NCBI GenBank assembly: GCA_001179505.1
Contig: CDMY01000467.1
Location: 1-64,000 of the forward strand
DNA: 64,000 nucleotides
From: Vitrella brassicaformis CCMP3155
Lineage: Eukaryota > Protista > Chromerida
Direction: 5' to 3'
The position numbers and the translations under genes are program-made. Below the pieces are notes generated by a model. That model searched no databases, was not told where the DNA came from, and saw only the letters and a program-made list of their open reading frames with translations. Shown here piece after piece: positions 62,861 to 64,000 of the stretch. Position 1 is the stretch's first letter, and each line of letters starts with the position of its first letter.

Positions 62861-63226
62861 ATGAAAGAAACCATTATTAAAACTCAGGGAACTGGAGGAT
62901 GGCTGAGGACAGGGGGTGAAGAAGAGCGCTACGTCATAACTTGGGCTAGCCCGAGGACGCAACTTTTCGAGTTGCCCACGGGAGGATGTGAATTTATGCG
63001 ACAGGGCAAAAATCTTATTACATTTGCCCGAAAAGAACAGTGCATTTCTATAGGAAAACAGTTAAGGACTAATTTTAAGATAAATGACTACAAGATTTTT
63101 CGGGTGCTTCCCAACGGTCAGGTTGTTCTGCTTCATCCAAAAGACGGGGTCTTCCCGGAAAAGGTTAACACTGGGCGAGTTTTAGTTGGTGCCATGGAAG
63201 CAAACATAGGCAAATTTAAGGACTAA
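62861..63226 (+). CDS. psaD: Photosystem I subunit II
   Basis: [40 protein letters not shown]. Confidence 0.95.
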   Translation: MKETIIKTQGTGGWLRTGGEEERYVITWASPRTQLFELPTGGCEFMRQGKNLITFARKEQCISIGKQLRTNFKINDYKIFRVLPNGQVVLLHPKDGVFPEKVNTGRVLVGAMEANIGKFKD

Positions 63227-63240
63227 TAAAAATGCAAATT

Positions 63241-63322
63241 GGGCAGGTGGCGAAACGGTAAACGCACCACATTCAAAATGTGGCGAGCAACGCTCTTAAG
63301 GGTTCGATTCCCTTCCTGCCTA
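63241..63322 (+). tRNA. trnL: tRNA-Leu(CAA)
   Basis: GGGCAGG...CCTGCCT A; arm CCACA-TT CAA AA-TGTGG; long variable arm. Confidence 0.92.
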
Positions 63323-63344
63323 GTTGGTTTAGATTTAATGTCAA

Positions 63345-63417
63345 CCTGGGGCGGAAGGGATCGAACCTTCGCATAACGGAGTCAAAGTCCGTTGCCTTAC
63401 CACTTGGCTACGCCCCA
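63345..63417 (-). tRNA. trnQ: tRNA-Gln(UUG)
   Basis: TGGGGCG...CGCCCCA G; loop CT TTG AC. Confidence 0.95.
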
Positions 63418-63483
63418 TATCCTGTTACATATCCCGTCTATTCTATAACTAGTGTTTTCTGCTGGTCTGGCAACTGCAAGCGC

Positions 63484-63556
63484 GCCGAGATAGCTCAGTT
63501 GGTAGAGCAGTGGATTGAAGATCCTCGAGTCACCAGTTCAAGTCTGGTTCTCGGCA
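63484..63556 (+). tRNA. trnF: tRNA-Phe(GAA)
   Basis: GCCGAGA...TCTCGGC A; loop TT GAA GA. Confidence 0.95.
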
Positions 63557-63566
63557 AAAAGTACAT

Positions 63567-64000
63567 TTAAACAGGGCTTATTTGTATAATGTTTCCTGTC
63601 TTACCGGGGACGCTACCTTGTAGCCACAATAGACTATGACGCACATCTAGCTTAAGTGGTCGCACTCTATTGTATTTTCGTCGAGAGGTTTTCCACCTTC
63701 CGGGCATCTTCTTTCTTGGATAGACACGAGACGGGAAGGTTCCTGCCCCTGCCGATCCAGGTGCTCGGTGGTGTTTAGATCCTCTAGTCATAGGTCCTCT
63801 ACTAAATCCATAGCGGGATACTACACCTGCAAATCCGTGGCCTTTGCCTACTCCTCGTATACACACTAGGCGAGGTCCTGTGGGAAGCAGAGCAGATTCC
63901 GAAGAAGGTGTCCAGACGGGTACTTGCTCGCTTGACCGCAGAGGCTCCTGACGAGAGGCTCCCTCTCTGGGAACTTGAAAGACAGGGCCAGACTCTTGAA
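63567..64000 (-). CDS. rpl3: 50S ribosomal protein L3, 3' portion (frame open to the window edge)
   Basis: GKGHGFAGVVSRYGFSRGPMTRGSKHHRAPGS, VYPRKKMPG, LQGSVPGK. Confidence 0.93.
   Translation of the reverse strand, partial: QESGPVFQVPREGASRQEPLRSSEQVPVWTPSSESALLPTGPRLVCIRGVGKGHGFAGVVSRYGFSRGPMTRGSKHHRAPGSAGAGTFPSRVYPRKKMPGRWKTSRRKYNRVRPLKLDVRHSLLWLQGSVPGKTGNIIQISPV

Overview
This window is about 64 kb of a compact, unusually GC-rich plastid genome of red-algal origin. It carries photosystem I/II, cytochrome b6f, ATP synthase, PEP RNA polymerase and red-type fused S10-spc-alpha-str ribosomal protein genes, plus chlL/N/B, acsF, secA/secY, clpC, one rRNA operon and 23 tRNAs. No rbcL/rbcS or phycobiliprotein genes occur in the window. 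Genes read in the standard code and trnW has a CCA anticodon. A phosphonopyruvate decarboxylase homologue sits in the 16S-23S spacer, and trnL(UAA) has a group I intron. From memory this matches the chromerid Vitrella brassicaformis (a photosynthetic relative of apicomplexans) or a close relative; BLAST should confirm it. Most notable observations: (1) a candidate minimal RNase P RNA (about 220 nt) upstream of trnfM-rrs, with correctly ordered P1/P2/P3/P4/P5/P7 helices; (2) a foreign, frameshifted and truncated ppd gene replacing the spacer tRNAs; (3) apparently remodelled c-type cytochrome biogenesis, with petA and psbV lacking signal peptides and ccsA lacking its C-terminal WWD half; (4) a remodelled ATP synthase stator, with a cryptic atpG and atpA lacking its N-terminal delta-binding segment; (5) a 564-aa rps5; (6) loss of the anti-Shine-Dalgarno sequence; (7) degenerate ClpC NBD1 and RpoB rifampicin/fork-loop region. 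All coordinates were read by hand and RNA ends may be off by a few nt.
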